A DNA stretch of 56,560 bases from Candidatus Thorarchaeota archaeon (GCA_048882045.1 JBHLRZ010000022.1:1-56560); one strand, 5' to 3'; positions 9,508 to 20,143 are shown, counted from the first letter of the stretch. Notes: generated from the letters alone by a model not told the origin. Made by a program: numbers and translations.

Positions 9508-10071
9508 ATGGCTGAGAAACTGAGAGTGGGGACTCCAATAGACGCATTCATCACTATTTTGTTTGGATTAGTTGGTGCTGGAATCATTGCGCTAGTTCAT
9601 GCAATTCCAATGCCATACACAATGGTTTCACTACTCAAGTTCGGACTTGCTCCTTCTCTAACTATCATTGCGTTTGTTGGGGCAATACGAGGTCCACTTG
9701 CAGGACTGGTCGCTGGGTATCTTGGGATAATCTCCCACGATCTGTTTGTCTATGGTGAGGTTGTAGGAATGACTCTTCCAGCCATGGCTTACGGAATTCT
9801 AGGACTCATAGTCGGACTTGCATCCTACGACTTTTCAAACGGCAGGTCGCTCGGAAAGCTATCAGGAATTTCTGCAATAGGCTTGATCTTTACAGGGGTA
9901 CTACTTGCCATAATAGGCATATTTGTTGAGCAGAATGCCATCTTGGTAGTTCTCGGATTTGTCATGCTCCCTCTACTTACAACAGGTCTTCCCTCAGTCA
10001 TCCTGATTACTCCGATCTTGGCTAGATTGTGGCTGACAACTACTCAGAGAATCCAGTTGCCCTTATCATAA
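9508..10071 (+). CDS. ECF transporter S component-like membrane protein
   Basis: AFVGAIRGPLAGLVAGYLG motif, about 6 TM helices; starts 1 nt after the upstream stop. Confidence 0.7.
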   Translation: MAEKLRVGTPIDAFITILFGLVGAGIIALVHAIPMPYTMVSLLKFGLAPSLTIIAFVGAIRGPLAGLVAGYLGIISHDLFVYGEVVGMTLPAMAYGILGLIVGLASYDFSNGRSLGKLSGISAIGLIFTGVLLAIIGIFVEQNAILVVLGFVMLPLLTTGLPSVILITPILARLWLTTTQRIQLPLS

Positions 10072-10201
10072 TGGGGAAGTCGTGCCAGCTTTCAGATATA
10101 TGACAACGCAAACATACTTTATGAACTTCAGAGGTTTAACCAAGTTCCTTTTGGCCTCCTCTGTCTAAGAATCCAATTTGGAACACGTGTTCTAAAACAA
10201 A

Positions 10202-11422
10202 TCAAGCGCTCTTAGCAACCATTTCTTCATACACTTCTAACAATCGTCTTGCGTACATCCTGATGTCGTATCTCTCTTTGACAGATTTCAAACCATTCTC
10301 TGAAATGTGTGTTCTGAGCTCATCATCTTCCAGAAGTTTTACAATTGCTACAGTAAGAGCCTCGACATCGTTGGGCGGGACAGCAATCCCATCATAGTTG
10401 TTCTGGATTATCTCCTTTGGACCAAAAACGTTAGTTGTAATGACAGGAACACCACAAGCCATTGCTTCGACAATGGAGAGTCCGAATGGTTCCTCTCTTG
10501 AAGGATAGAGAAAAACCCGACTCTTATTGATAAGAATCGGGACATCTTTGCTTTCCACGACTCCTTGGTAGTCCACCATTGATGCTACGTCTTTCACATC
10601 AAACTCACTGAAGAGCCAGTCTTTCAACGAACCCTCTCCGGTCATCATCATTTTCAGGTCAGGAAACCTAGTCTTCAGAAGGACCAGCATATCTGGGAAC
10701 AGGTCCACAGATTTCATTGTTTCAAAACGTCCCATGAACGCCAGATCCCATTCCTTATCCAAATCAGGTATGGGTCTGAAGACGGAGAGGTCGATTCCAC
10801 TATACAACACACGAACTCTCTCACGAAGGCTTGAGTCTAGGTGATTCATGAGAGCTTCTGAAACGTGCTCGCTGACTGCGATTACTAGATCAAAACCAAA
10901 GTCGGCTACTAACTCGTCATAGTCGGTCGTTTCTCTCCCGTCAGGGAGAATAATGGACTTTGGTAGCCCATGAAGTGTCATGACTACAGGAATCTCTAGT
11001 CTGTCTGACAGACGCATCTTTGAAATCACTTTGTTGAAGACTATGTAGATGCTGTGAGCATGAATCACGTCAGGCTGAAGCTCATGAACGATCCTTTCAA
11101 GTTGTTCTGTGAGTATGTCCACATTCTCAGTGATGTCAGTTGGTTTGAACATCTTCTGTGCAGCATCCTCTCTCTCCGCCTCAGGCAACGAGAAGAACTC
11201 CCATTTTCTAGCTTCTAGAAGATTTCCAGGAAGGTGAAATAAAGTATAATTCTCCTTTTGGACAGACTTTGGAGAGTTTCGGTAAGGTGATTGTGTCGCA
11301 ACATATGACTCATGTCCATCTACTGCCATTGTCTTTGATAGATAATGTATGATTGACTCATAACCCCCGAGACCGGCAGGATTAAGGCTGTCACACAGAT
11401 GGAGTATTTTCATCGTACTCAC
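10202..11422 (-). CDS. glycosyltransferase family 4
   Basis: PSREEPFGLSIVEAMACGVPVI; GGYE N-terminal motif. Confidence 0.9.
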   Translation of the reverse strand: MSTMKILHLCDSLNPAGLGGYESIIHYLSKTMAVDGHESYVATQSPYRNSPKSVQKENYTLFHLPGNLLEARKWEFFSLPEAEREDAAQKMFKPTDITENVDILTEQLERIVHELQPDVIHAHSIYIVFNKVISKMRLSDRLEIPVVMTLHGLPKSIILPDGRETTDYDELVADFGFDLVIAVSEHVSEALMNHLDSSLRERVRVLYSGIDLSVFRPIPDLDKEWDLAFMGRFETMKSVDLFPDMLVLLKTRFPDLKMMMTGEGSLKDWLFSEFDVKDVASMVDYQGVVESKDVPILINKSRVFLYPSREEPFGLSIVEAMACGVPVITTNVFGPKEIIQNNYDGIAVPPNDVEALTVAIVKLLEDDELRTHISENGLKSVKERYDIRMYARRLLEVYEEMVAKSA

Positions 11423-11488
11423 ACATCAAGGTGTGACCATCTAATCTATCTAGCTGTTAGTGGAAGTAGAAAGGTGTGAGATTACATA

Positions 11489-12547
11489 GTGACTGGCCCC
11501 GCGTGTATTGACCCTCCTGCAAAGGTACGAGACCGTGATGTCTTTCATGACATTGAAGGTCGAGTGTTTGTTGTCTTGGGATACATCCAGCCTTCAGATC
11601 GGATTCTCGCATTTCTCAAGTATGTTCCTACTCCAGATGGCAAGTGGAGGTCGGGCGATGTCCGGTACAAACGAATCTTCTGGGGTAGTGTTGACTCAAC
11701 AGTTGAAGGCATGAGCATTCTTCCCACAGACTATTTGGTCGAGGACTCACATTTCAGAACAGAACTGATAGAACCTCCACGTGGAATGGTCTCCAAATAC
11801 TTCAAACCTGAACTTAGACTCAGAGAGATTCTGGACGAAGGACCTCAAGATGCACTTGAGGAGCTTGTATCTCAGGCGGCTACCGCACTGAATGATGCTC
11901 TGAGTACTCCTTTTGATGACATTGGTGTGGCTGGAAGTATTCTCTGGAAAGGTCATGAACCAGGACATTCTGATGTCAACATGAACATCTATGGATTTGA
12001 CAACTCATGGAAACTCTATACCAACTATGAATCTGTCAGAGACATGACAGATGGCTCTCGACTGAGGGAACTCCCAGACTGGGAAAATGCCATTTCCAGA
12101 GTGAAGTCAAGGGTGCCCACAATTAAGATAGACGACCTAAAGAACCTCTTCACACGTCGAAAGGCACTCTGTCTTGACTCGATGTGTATCGGAATCACTC
12201 CAATCCTCCGTCCTGAGGAAGCACCAATCCAGCATGGTACGGAGTCGTACATTTCTCTCTCTGCTGAACCAGTCACAATAACAATGGATGTCGAATCAAC
12301 TGACTATGGTATCTTTCATCCTGCTATCTACGAAGGCCGGTCTGAACCCTTAGACATCATTGGTGGAGAACGAGCCAGTAGAATCTTGGTCTATGACGGT
12401 GCGTTTGGAGGACTTCTCAGACCAGATGATAGAGTCGAGGTGACTGGTATCGTACAAAAGGTGGAACGCGGAGATGAAAGTCTGTTCCAAGTAATGGTGG
12501 GTACGAAGATTGGAGCAGGAAGAGAATTCATCCGCCTTGTATCGTAA
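11489..12547 (+). CDS. archaeal nucleotidyltransferase-domain protein (COG1665-like)
   Basis: RDRD...G..FVV.GY, IGVAGSIL, SDVNMNIYG, C-terminal OB-like VEVTG. Confidence 0.7.
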   Translation: MTGPACIDPPAKVRDRDVFHDIEGRVFVVLGYIQPSDRILAFLKYVPTPDGKWRSGDVRYKRIFWGSVDSTVEGMSILPTDYLVEDSHFRTELIEPPRGMVSKYFKPELRLREILDEGPQDALEELVSQAATALNDALSTPFDDIGVAGSILWKGHEPGHSDVNMNIYGFDNSWKLYTNYESVRDMTDGSRLRELPDWENAISRVKSRVPTIKIDDLKNLFTRRKALCLDSMCIGITPILRPEEAPIQHGTESYISLSAEPVTITMDVESTDYGIFHPAIYEGRSEPLDIIGGERASRILVYDGAFGGLLRPDDRVEVTGIVQKVERGDESLFQVMVGTKIGAGREFIRLVS

Positions 12548-12577
12548 GTATCTTAGGTCTCCAAGTATGCCTCCAGA

Positions 12578-13633
12578 GTGATGTCATCAAAGAAACCATT
12601 CCTAAAAGTTCCAGCAAACGAAGGAGAACGAATCAGAAAGGCACTGATTGAACACGATCTTCTTGACACAGACTACAAGATTGTATCTTATGATGAATGC
12701 CTCTATATGCCATTACGCGAGAAGACAGGGATTTCTGACATAGTTGGCCCCATTGACTATGAGGTAGGAGAAAGAGCATTTGAAAGCGCGCTCCAGGGTC
12801 CTAAGACACTGACTGAGGCACTGAAGGAGCGTCTGAGTCCTGAAGAACTGGCCTTCGTTCCTCGTGCGTACGATCTGATAGGTGACATCGCAGTTCTCGA
12901 AATTCCTGATGAACTTTCAAAGCATTCCCACCTGATTGGGAGAATGTTCTATGAGGTCCACAAGAACATCTCTACAGTTCTCGCAAAAGAAGGCGCAATT
13001 TCAGGACCCATTCGTACAAGGGAATACCGGTATCTTGCAGGTGATGAGAAGACAAAGACTATCCACACGGAATATGGCTGTCGACTTGCTGTGGACCTTT
13101 CTAAAGCATACTTCAGCCCACGACTTCTTGAAGAACATCAGAGAATCGCACAACTTGTCAAGGATGATGAGGTGGTTGTGGACATGTTCTGTGGTGTCGG
13201 TCCATTTCCAATTCATATAGCAAAAAGGTGCAAAGCACGTATCGTAGCAATTGATATCAATCCAGACGCAATCAGTCTGCTACAAGAGAGCATGACCCTT
13301 AACAAACTGTTAGGGAGTATCGAGCCAATAGTTGGCGATGCCAGGACCTTTGCTACCAGAAATGAGAAGCCTCTTGCAGATAGAGTGATTATGAATCACC
13401 CTTCGGGAGCATTTGATTTTGTCAAGGATGCTTGCCGTCTCTTGAAACCAAATGGGACCATACACTACTATGACTTCATTGGTGGTGACAGTCCAGAGGA
13501 TGAAATCAGGGACAAGATCAAAGGACTCGTGGACGACTCTGGCAGGTCGGTCAAAGAAATCAGTCTAGTTCGGCGTGTCAGGGATAGTGCTCCGTATGAA
13601 TACCAAATGGTTGCGGATCTGATCATTGAGTAA
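12578..13633 (+). CDS. trm5: tRNA (guanine-37-N1)-methyltransferase Trm5 family
   Basis: YDLIGDIAV, VDLSKAYFSPRL, VVDMFCGVGPF, DRVIMNHP. Confidence 0.85.
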   Translation: MMSSKKPFLKVPANEGERIRKALIEHDLLDTDYKIVSYDECLYMPLREKTGISDIVGPIDYEVGERAFESALQGPKTLTEALKERLSPEELAFVPRAYDLIGDIAVLEIPDELSKHSHLIGRMFYEVHKNISTVLAKEGAISGPIRTREYRYLAGDEKTKTIHTEYGCRLAVDLSKAYFSPRLLEEHQRIAQLVKDDEVVVDMFCGVGPFPIHIAKRCKARIVAIDINPDAISLLQESMTLNKLLGSIEPIVGDARTFATRNEKPLADRVIMNHPSGAFDFVKDACRLLKPNGTIHYYDFIGGDSPEDEIRDKIKGLVDDSGRSVKEISLVRRVRDSAPYEYQMVADLIIE

Positions 13634-14048
13634 AAAAGGTCAATTCACAGGTCATCTCAACGTTGTTATCTTTTAACCTATCAATGAATTTGCGACTCAA
13701 ATCTGATGCAGCTTTGTCAGCGTTTATCATGAGTGTCCGGCCACATTGATACGAACTGGTCCTGGCAACCATACTTGTCGAATCAGAATATGTCAGACGA
13801 GAACCCCCAGTACCAGTCACCTCTTCCACCAACCCGTCTACCATCATTTTCAGAACAATCTTAGTAGTGTTCAACCGCGCCATTTCCTTGATTTCTGTAT
13901 CCAACTCATTTAGAGTCAGATTTGCCCTTACTCCTACAATACAGGTTCCCTGTTTGGTGAGATAGTCTTCAGAAGTAATCTCAACAGTGGATTTGTGCTC
14001 GCCGATGACGTTCTGGTGTCCGTATGCATTGAACCGTACTCTGCGCAT
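13623..14048 (-). CDS. DUF371 family protein
   Basis: AYGHQNV..EHKSTVEIT...LT..GTCIVGV; ADKAASDL. Confidence 0.85.
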   Translation of the reverse strand: MRRVRFNAYGHQNVIGEHKSTVEITSEDYLTKQGTCIVGVRANLTLNELDTEIKEMARLNTTKIVLKMMVDGLVEEVTGTGGSRLTYSDSTSMVARTSSYQCGRTLMINADKAASDLSRKFIDRLKDNNVEMTCELTFFTQ

Positions 14049-14088
14049 GGTTTTTTATGACAGCATATCCCCAATATCATTGATTCGC

Positions 14089-14766
14089 ATGCCCGAGGAT
14101 CGTTTCAAAGCTGATCTAGACAATCTAGTCCGCAGACTAAGAAACAATGGTTACATCAAAAGTGATGAGATGGAACGCGCCATGAGGGCTGTACATCGGG
14201 AAGAGTTTGTTCGCCCCGAAGCCAGAAAACATGCCTACCGCGACTCTCCACTCCCAATAGGTCTCGGGCAGACCATATCTGCACCCCATATGTGCGCTAT
14301 CATGTGTGAGGGTCTGTCTTTGAAACCTGGTCTCAAAGTCTTAGAGATTGGTGCTGGATCTGGTTATCATGCAGCACTATGCGCTGAGCTCGTTGCTCCA
14401 CCAGGCGCGACAAACCCTGGACATGTGTATACCATTGAGATCGTAGATGGACTCATCTCGTTTGCACGCGATAACCTGAAGCGAACAGGGTATGACGACC
14501 GAGTTACACTCATCCACGCTGATGGTGGTATTGGACTCCCTGAACAAGCTCCTTTCGATAGGATACTTGTTGCTGCAGCAGCACCCTCTGTCCCTCAACC
14601 ACTGATTGACCAACTAGCTCCTGGTGGGATTATGTTGATTCCGGTGGGTTCAAGGGGATTCTTCCAAGAGCTCATGATGGTAGAGAAGGATGAGTCTGAA
14701 AAAGTAACACAAAGAAGGTGGGGTGGCGTTGCCTTTGTCCCTTTGACGGGAGAATATGGTCACTAG
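14089..14766 (+). CDS. pcm: protein-L-isoaspartate O-methyltransferase
   Basis: GQTISAPHM, VLEIGAGSGY, APFDRI, VAFVPL. Confidence 0.95.
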   Translation: MPEDRFKADLDNLVRRLRNNGYIKSDEMERAMRAVHREEFVRPEARKHAYRDSPLPIGLGQTISAPHMCAIMCEGLSLKPGLKVLEIGAGSGYHAALCAELVAPPGATNPGHVYTIEIVDGLISFARDNLKRTGYDDRVTLIHADGGIGLPEQAPFDRILVAAAAPSVPQPLIDQLAPGGIMLIPVGSRGFFQELMMVEKDESEKVTQRRWGGVAFVPLTGEYGH

Positions 14767-14767
14767 G

Positions 14768-15466
14768 TCATGTCACCATGTGTAATGGAATCACAGTGAG
14801 TGTTATTTTGTCACCATCATCCAGGTTCAGAGTGTCCCTGATGTTGACCGGAGCAACGACTTCCAGAATCTCCTCACTGTGGTGTGTACGCTGAGCAATG
14901 ACAATTGCGGCCTCTATCTTTTTGTTCACCCTGACTCGATAGCAGATGACATCACCAAATGTTCTTCCCTTGTGACTGAATCCACTGAGAACAAGAGGAG
15001 TAGTGTTCTTCATTCTACTAATCGCTTTCTGAGACTCCTCATCCATAACCTTGACATTCAGAGTTCCCAGATAAGGTTTGAAACCAAGAGCGGATTTGAG
15101 CTTTGATGAGTAAACATCCACATAGTAGGCCCCTTCTCCAATACCGGTAACAATCTGACCTTGGACTACAATCTCATCCTCTGGTGGTGTGAACGCTATC
15201 TCCAGATTAGTCCAGATTTGAAGTAGCTCATCCCTTCCCTTGTCTGTTATCTGTACGAGCATTCCCTCAGCAGTATGAATCCTATTCAGGTAACCCTCAT
15301 CAACACACTGCGTAATTCGTCTGGAAGCAGTCTGTTGGCTGACATTCAATATCTCTCCTAGCTCACGAGTTGTGAGGGTTATCTTACTGTGAATGGCACC
15401 CCTGTTTGCTAGCGAGTAGAGAGTGAACCAAATATCTGGGACTATCAACCAAAGACCTCCTTTCAA
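14768..15466 (-). CDS. ribK: CTP-dependent riboflavin kinase with N-terminal wHTH
   Basis: SQQTASR, GIGEGAYY, LGFKPYLGTLN, RTHH, LEVVAP. Confidence 0.9.
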   Translation of the reverse strand: MKGGLWLIVPDIWFTLYSLANRGAIHSKITLTTRELGEILNVSQQTASRRITQCVDEGYLNRIHTAEGMLVQITDKGRDELLQIWTNLEIAFTPPEDEIVVQGQIVTGIGEGAYYVDVYSSKLKSALGFKPYLGTLNVKVMDEESQKAISRMKNTTPLVLSGFSHKGRTFGDVICYRVRVNKKIEAAIVIAQRTHHSEEILEVVAPVNIRDTLNLDDGDKITLTVIPLHMVT

Positions 15467-16116
15467 TCCTTGAACTTGGCCTCGAGACCATCTAGCTTGT
15501 CAATAAGTCTACTCTGCCCAAATGCTCTAGTTAGGTCTCCTCGCGTTCGTTCGATTATTCCACGCGCCACATCACACTTTCTTCTCAGATCTGGTATTAG
15601 TGCATTTGGATAATCGAATGTCTGTAACTCTTCCAGAATCTCTTCCATGAATTTGAGAAATGTTTCAGCGCGTTCTAAACCATCATTCCGAAGCAGGTCC
15701 AGCGAAGCTCTCCTCAGTTCGCCTATAGTATCTGCCAGACCTGTAAGATATGCTCTAGCAGGAATAGAGAACTCATGTGGTGGTGTAAACTCGCCTTTTT
15801 CCACTAATGAAAGAAGATTGGAAGCCTCTGCAAGTTCCTGATAAGCGACATCAAGGTTCCGGGACTTTGAGATGAAATCACTTCTTGAGATCTCAGACTC
15901 TGTCTGTTCTATAATGTTACCAGCTTCAGCTATCAGAGATCTGGCATTATCGAACTCCCCACGATGTACAAGTTTGATTGCTTCGCTGCACTTCCGGACT
16001 GCACTACGTGCTAAAGGAAGTGTGTGCTCACGGACCTTGTCATCATCGTCAATTTCCTCTCTCAACGGGTTGAGTATCTCTGAAAGCTTCATCTCGTTCT
16101 CCCTCGACTCATTCAT
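15463..16116 (-). CDS. translin/Trax family protein
   Basis: AYQELAEA, YLTGLADTIGELRR, LRRKCDVAR. Confidence 0.85.
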   Translation of the reverse strand: MNESRENEMKLSEILNPLREEIDDDDKVREHTLPLARSAVRKCSEAIKLVHRGEFDNARSLIAEAGNIIEQTESEISRSDFISKSRNLDVAYQELAEASNLLSLVEKGEFTPPHEFSIPARAYLTGLADTIGELRRASLDLLRNDGLERAETFLKFMEEILEELQTFDYPNALIPDLRRKCDVARGIIERTRGDLTRAFGQSRLIDKLDGLEAKFKD

Positions 16117-17075
16117 AGCTTCTTAATTTGTTTGCTGCGTGACAACAGAACTACTCTGCTTTCAACCTGTTCATCAACCATATGGTATCCTGTCAATGCA
16201 GCAATCTTGGCCGAAAATGCTCGAATCTCTCTATGTGATGGAGCATTGGACTTGTCAAGTCGATTCTGGGAGGAACCTAGAAACATGTAGCCCTTCACCT
16301 CGACGAAATCTGGCTCTCCAATTTCAATTAGCTTGGAATATGAATGGGGATCGTGCATGTTATGACCTTTTACCATCGTCAGTCTGTTGACAGTCCTACA
16401 GTCAACGGACTTGAGCAGTTCTTGTGATTCAGTAATCCTTGTCCATCCGTTCTTCATACCAGGTCGACACAGTGATTGATAGGTAGTTTCGTCAGGAGCA
16501 GCAATCGTTACGTACAGGTGCGTTGGTAACGTCATGTTTGATAGCACCTGCGGCTGTGTTCCATTGGTCACTAAAAATGAGGTCATTTCCCTCCTATGCA
16601 CTTCCTCGATAAGTTCACTGAGGTAAGGATATAGAGTTGGTTCCCCTGCAAGGGAGATGGCCACATGCTTTGGATTCCTCGCTTCTTCGTACATAATCTC
16701 TGAAACCCTAGCTCCTGCTTTTGGATTATATCCACCTAATGTCCTGAGATTTGCCATCAGTACTGCATCCATCAGTTCTCCAACTGGAGCAACATCGTCC
16801 TCTGAAACTGAAACTTGATTCCAAGTGGTCCCAATATCTGAAGGAGTGATTCGCCAGCAGAAATCGCAGTTGTGTGTACACTTGTCTACTACCGGCGTCA
16901 TTTGTAGACACCGATGAGACTCAATACCATAGAATCGCTGTTTGTAGCAAGCATCACCATTGAGAAGGGCTTTCTTCTGCCATTGACATGCCTTGTATGC
17001 TCCCCTCTTACCAAGTAAGTGATATCCCTGTTTCTCGAGTTTTTTTCTCAATTCTGTTGGCATGTCCGAACTCAA
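16113..17075 (-). CDS. taw1: 4-demethylwyosine synthase (radical SAM)
   Basis: CYKQRFYGIESHRCLQMTP, CTHNCDFCWR, PKHVAISLAGEPTLYP. Confidence 0.95.
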   Translation of the reverse strand: MSSDMPTELRKKLEKQGYHLLGKRGAYKACQWQKKALLNGDACYKQRFYGIESHRCLQMTPVVDKCTHNCDFCWRITPSDIGTTWNQVSVSEDDVAPVGELMDAVLMANLRTLGGYNPKAGARVSEIMYEEARNPKHVAISLAGEPTLYPYLSELIEEVHRREMTSFLVTNGTQPQVLSNMTLPTHLYVTIAAPDETTYQSLCRPGMKNGWTRITESQELLKSVDCRTVNRLTMVKGHNMHDPHSYSKLIEIGEPDFVEVKGYMFLGSSQNRLDKSNAPSHREIRAFSAKIAALTGYHMVDEQVESRVVLLSRSKQIKKL

Positions 17076-17125
17076 ACTGAATCGTGGCTGACTCTGATGT
17101 ACATCTTATCAGGGTTTGGCAATGT

Positions 17126-18388
17126 CTATTTTTCAATCTTTGATGCCAGCCCTTCAGCCAGCCCCTCTTGAGCACTCCAAGATCCGGTCATAAACTTCTT
17201 TCTCGAGAGTTCACCGAGTCTTTTTCTACTCTCAGAATCCAGTCGACCTGGTGACATCCTCTCAAAAGCACTTCCTGGAAGAGGCATAAAGACATGACCA
17301 TGTGTTTTTACCCCCATCTCCACTAAGGTGTAACAAAGGTCAACACTCTCATGCAGTTCCTCGGTTGTTTCTCCAGGGAGTCCAAATATCATGTCCACAT
17401 GTGGGACAAATCCGCATTCAAGAGCAGTCCTAATTGCATCTAATCCCTCCTCAACTGTGTGATGTCGATTGATTTTCTTTAAAACACGGTCACTACTAGA
17501 CTGAAGTCCAATCTGAAGGGATTCGTTCGCAACGTAATGTTTCATCATCTCAAGTACCCGTTTGCTCACAAACTCTGGTCTGACCTCTGAAGGAAACGAA
17601 CCAAAGAATATCTCCTCTAATCCCTCAACCCTTGACGCGTTTTTCAAAAGTTCTTCGAGCTTCTCAGTTTCAACGGTCCTACCTCGCCCTCCATATGAGA
17701 GTGCATTGGGTGAGAGGAACCAGGTACGATCAAAACCACTATGCTCCACAGCAAGTTCTAGCCATTTAATAACCGATTGTACTGACCTATGTCTGACCTT
17801 GCCTCCAGTCAGAAATGGGGTACAACAAAACTTGCACGAGTAGGGGCATCCTCTTGTCACCTCAACAGGTCCTAAGATGTTCTTTCCTAGTGCAAATGGG
17901 GGATAGTCGTTCAAATCTACAGGCGCAAGATCCCGCGGTCGCGGACAAGCTACCGAGTCTTTTCCAACAACACCCTCTATCTCATGCGGATCTTGGTCGT
18001 TGAGAAGATACCAAAGGAGCTCTGGAAAGGTCCTTTCTCCCTCACCCACAACAACAAAATCAAATCCGTTCTCTAGTAGCTCTCTTGGACGAGCGCTAGC
18101 ATGCGGGCCTCCACCAATGAGAGTTATTGCATTTCCAATCTTCTTACGGAGTTCTTTGACCTCTGTAAATACGCGGTCTGTCTGTGTGCTCATGACTGAA
18201 TGGGCAACGATTGTAGGTCCCTGCTCCACAGACTTCTCAATATCTTTCACGGAGTATTCAATCGGAGCCTCAATCTGTAGATCAATGAGTCTGGAGTCTG
18301 TTTCAACGACACCTGCAAGGGCTGCTACACTATATCTTGATGAAGAATGAGCTCTAAAGATGAGGGTATGTGATGCCAAATGATACAC
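17126..18388 (-). CDS. B12-binding domain radical SAM protein (TIGR04013-like)
   Basis: GGPHAS, GEGE, EVTRGCPYSCKFC, FGSFPSEVRPE. Confidence 0.85.
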   Translation of the reverse strand: MYHLASHTLIFRAHSSSRYSVAALAGVVETDSRLIDLQIEAPIEYSVKDIEKSVEQGPTIVAHSVMSTQTDRVFTEVKELRKKIGNAITLIGGGPHASARPRELLENGFDFVVVGEGERTFPELLWYLLNDQDPHEIEGVVGKDSVACPRPRDLAPVDLNDYPPFALGKNILGPVEVTRGCPYSCKFCCTPFLTGGKVRHRSVQSVIKWLELAVEHSGFDRTWFLSPNALSYGGRGRTVETEKLEELLKNASRVEGLEEIFFGSFPSEVRPEFVSKRVLEMMKHYVANESLQIGLQSSSDRVLKKINRHHTVEEGLDAIRTALECGFVPHVDMIFGLPGETTEELHESVDLCYTLVEMGVKTHGHVFMPLPGSAFERMSPGRLDSESRKRLGELSRKKFMTGSWSAQEGLAEGLASKIEK

Positions 18389-18393
18389 GCGCG

Positions 18394-18984
18394 CTAGTTA
18401 ACAACTCGTTCTGTGACACCGCTCTTCGTCACACTCATGATGCGAATGTCCCCGCCAGATTGAGCATCTCTAGCAATACCTGCTTTGACTGCACTGATGG
18501 CAATGGCTTCTGCATCTTTCACAGTCAGGTCAGGTCTGAACCCGTCCTCTAGAACACCATAAGCTGGTGCGGTGCCTGACCCTGTGGCTGTGAAATCATC
18601 AGGAATCAGAGAACCTCCCATGTCCAGTGAGAAGAGTTGCGGTCCTTCATTGTCATATCCAACAACCACCGTCTGAACATATAGTGGTGCCATACGTCGA
18701 GCGTAGAGTGTATTTGCAAGCATCTTGGACAGAGCCTTCACAGTGATGTCTCTTTTCTCATTCAGCTCATAGAGTTTGATTCTTGCCTGAAGAAGGTTCA
18801 CAAGCATCTGGTAGTCTGAGGTCAGACCTGCAGATGCCAAGATGATATTTTCTGTGAGCTTGAAGGCCTTGACACCCTTTTCACTCAGGATATGTGTTCC
18901 CCAAGTAATCAACGAGTCAGTAGCTATTACTACTCCATCACTGCATTTTATTCCGACAACAGTTGCACCAGTTGGAAGTGACAT
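18394..18984 (-). CDS. psmB: proteasome beta subunit (probably non-catalytic)
   Basis: TGATVVGIKCSDGVVIATD, ATGSG, ARDAQSGGDI; ATG 18984 with AGGAGG RBS. Confidence 0.9.
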   Translation of the reverse strand: MSLPTGATVVGIKCSDGVVIATDSLITWGTHILSEKGVKAFKLTENIILASAGLTSDYQMLVNLLQARIKLYELNEKRDITVKALSKMLANTLYARRMAPLYVQTVVVGYDNEGPQLFSLDMGGSLIPDDFTATGSGTAPAYGVLEDGFRPDLTVKDAEAIAISAVKAGIARDAQSGGDIRIMSVTKSGVTERVVN

Positions 18985-19087
18985 TATCAATAGGCCTCCT
19001 AAAAGGGAGTTAATCTGTGTTGGCCACGTCCGGTCGTTTAATAACGTTTGCGAACTGTCCCTTGCTATCTGGTGGAGCGTTTCTACA

Positions 19088-20143
19088 TTGCGTAAACTGA
19101 ATCCCTTTGCAAATATACCCACGATAATGACAGCAGAGGAGATTATCGAGTTTGCTCATAATAAATCAATTCGCATCAGTATGAAGAGTTCCCTTAGGAT
19201 GAAGAAGATTGAACGTACACGTATACGAGAAATAACAAGGTTACAGGAGTTTTCGAAACAGACAAAGATGAAACTCACTGAGGCCGTTGAGCAATTCCCC
19301 TCTGTCAATCGACTTCATCCCTTCTACATCGAGCTCACGGAAGTGCTCGTAGGAACTGACAAACTGAAGCAGTCTCTTGGTGCAGTATACAACTGTATTC
19401 CTTTTATTGATGACATCACGGACAAACACATTCAGGCAATCAAACTGGCTGATGACTTCAAGCAGATGAAAAAGTCAAGAAGCGCAGCAAAAGGGAGAAT
19501 CTCATCTATACTTAGGGCAACAGCAGAGAACATTGACTTCATAATAGAGGCCAAAATGACCCTGTCCAGACTCCCAGGAATATCACCCAATTCCCCCACA
19601 ATAGTTTGTGCTGGTTTTCCCAATGTTGGTAAATCCACACTGGTAAGAGAGGTTTCGACTGCTGAACCTGAGGTAGCTTACTATCCTTTCACAACACGGA
19701 GAGTAATCATAGGACACCTCAGAGTTGACAACCATAGTGTCCAGATTGTTGATACCCCAGGCATCCTTGACCGTCCTATGGCACGGAGAAACAAGATTGA
19801 ACGGGAAGCCATTGCTGCCTTGAAGTACCTCGCACATGTAATCATCTTCATGATAGATCCCTCGGAAGCATGTGGATGGACCTTTGAGGAGCAGCTCAAC
19901 TTATTGAGTGAGGTGCAGAAGATGTTTGCTGTGAACCCACTTCTAGTTGTGCTCAATAAGGTCGACATAACGCCTCCAGACAAACTCAAGACCGCAAGAG
20001 AGAGACTGCCTAACAGTCATGAGATTGTCGCCATTGAAGGAGCTGGTGTTGACAAGCTCATGAAGGATGCTGTAGAAGAGGTGGACTTGGCTTCACTTCA
20101 GGAGTCTGTTGATGATTACCTATCCTCACTATCAAACAGATAG
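19088..20143 (+). CDS. NOG1 family GTP-binding protein
   Basis: LHPFY, GFPNVGKS, YPFTT, DTPGILDRP, NKVD; start placed at TTG 19088. Confidence 0.9.
   Translation: MRKLNPFANIPTIMTAEEIIEFAHNKSIRISMKSSLRMKKIERTRIREITRLQEFSKQTKMKLTEAVEQFPSVNRLHPFYIELTEVLVGTDKLKQSLGAVYNCIPFIDDITDKHIQAIKLADDFKQMKKSRSAAKGRISSILRATAENIDFIIEAKMTLSRLPGISPNSPTIVCAGFPNVGKSTLVREVSTAEPEVAYYPFTTRRVIIGHLRVDNHSVQIVDTPGILDRPMARRNKIEREAIAALKYLAHVIIFMIDPSEACGWTFEEQLNLLSEVQKMFAVNPLLVVLNKVDITPPDKLKTARERLPNSHEIVAIEGAGVDKLMKDAVEEVDLASLQESVDDYLSSLSNR

Noticed and set aside
18842-19122. Apparent overlap of the psmB and NOG1 ORFs
   Set aside because: Artefact of longest-ORF starts; the real starts (18984 and about 19088) are divergent and do not overlap.
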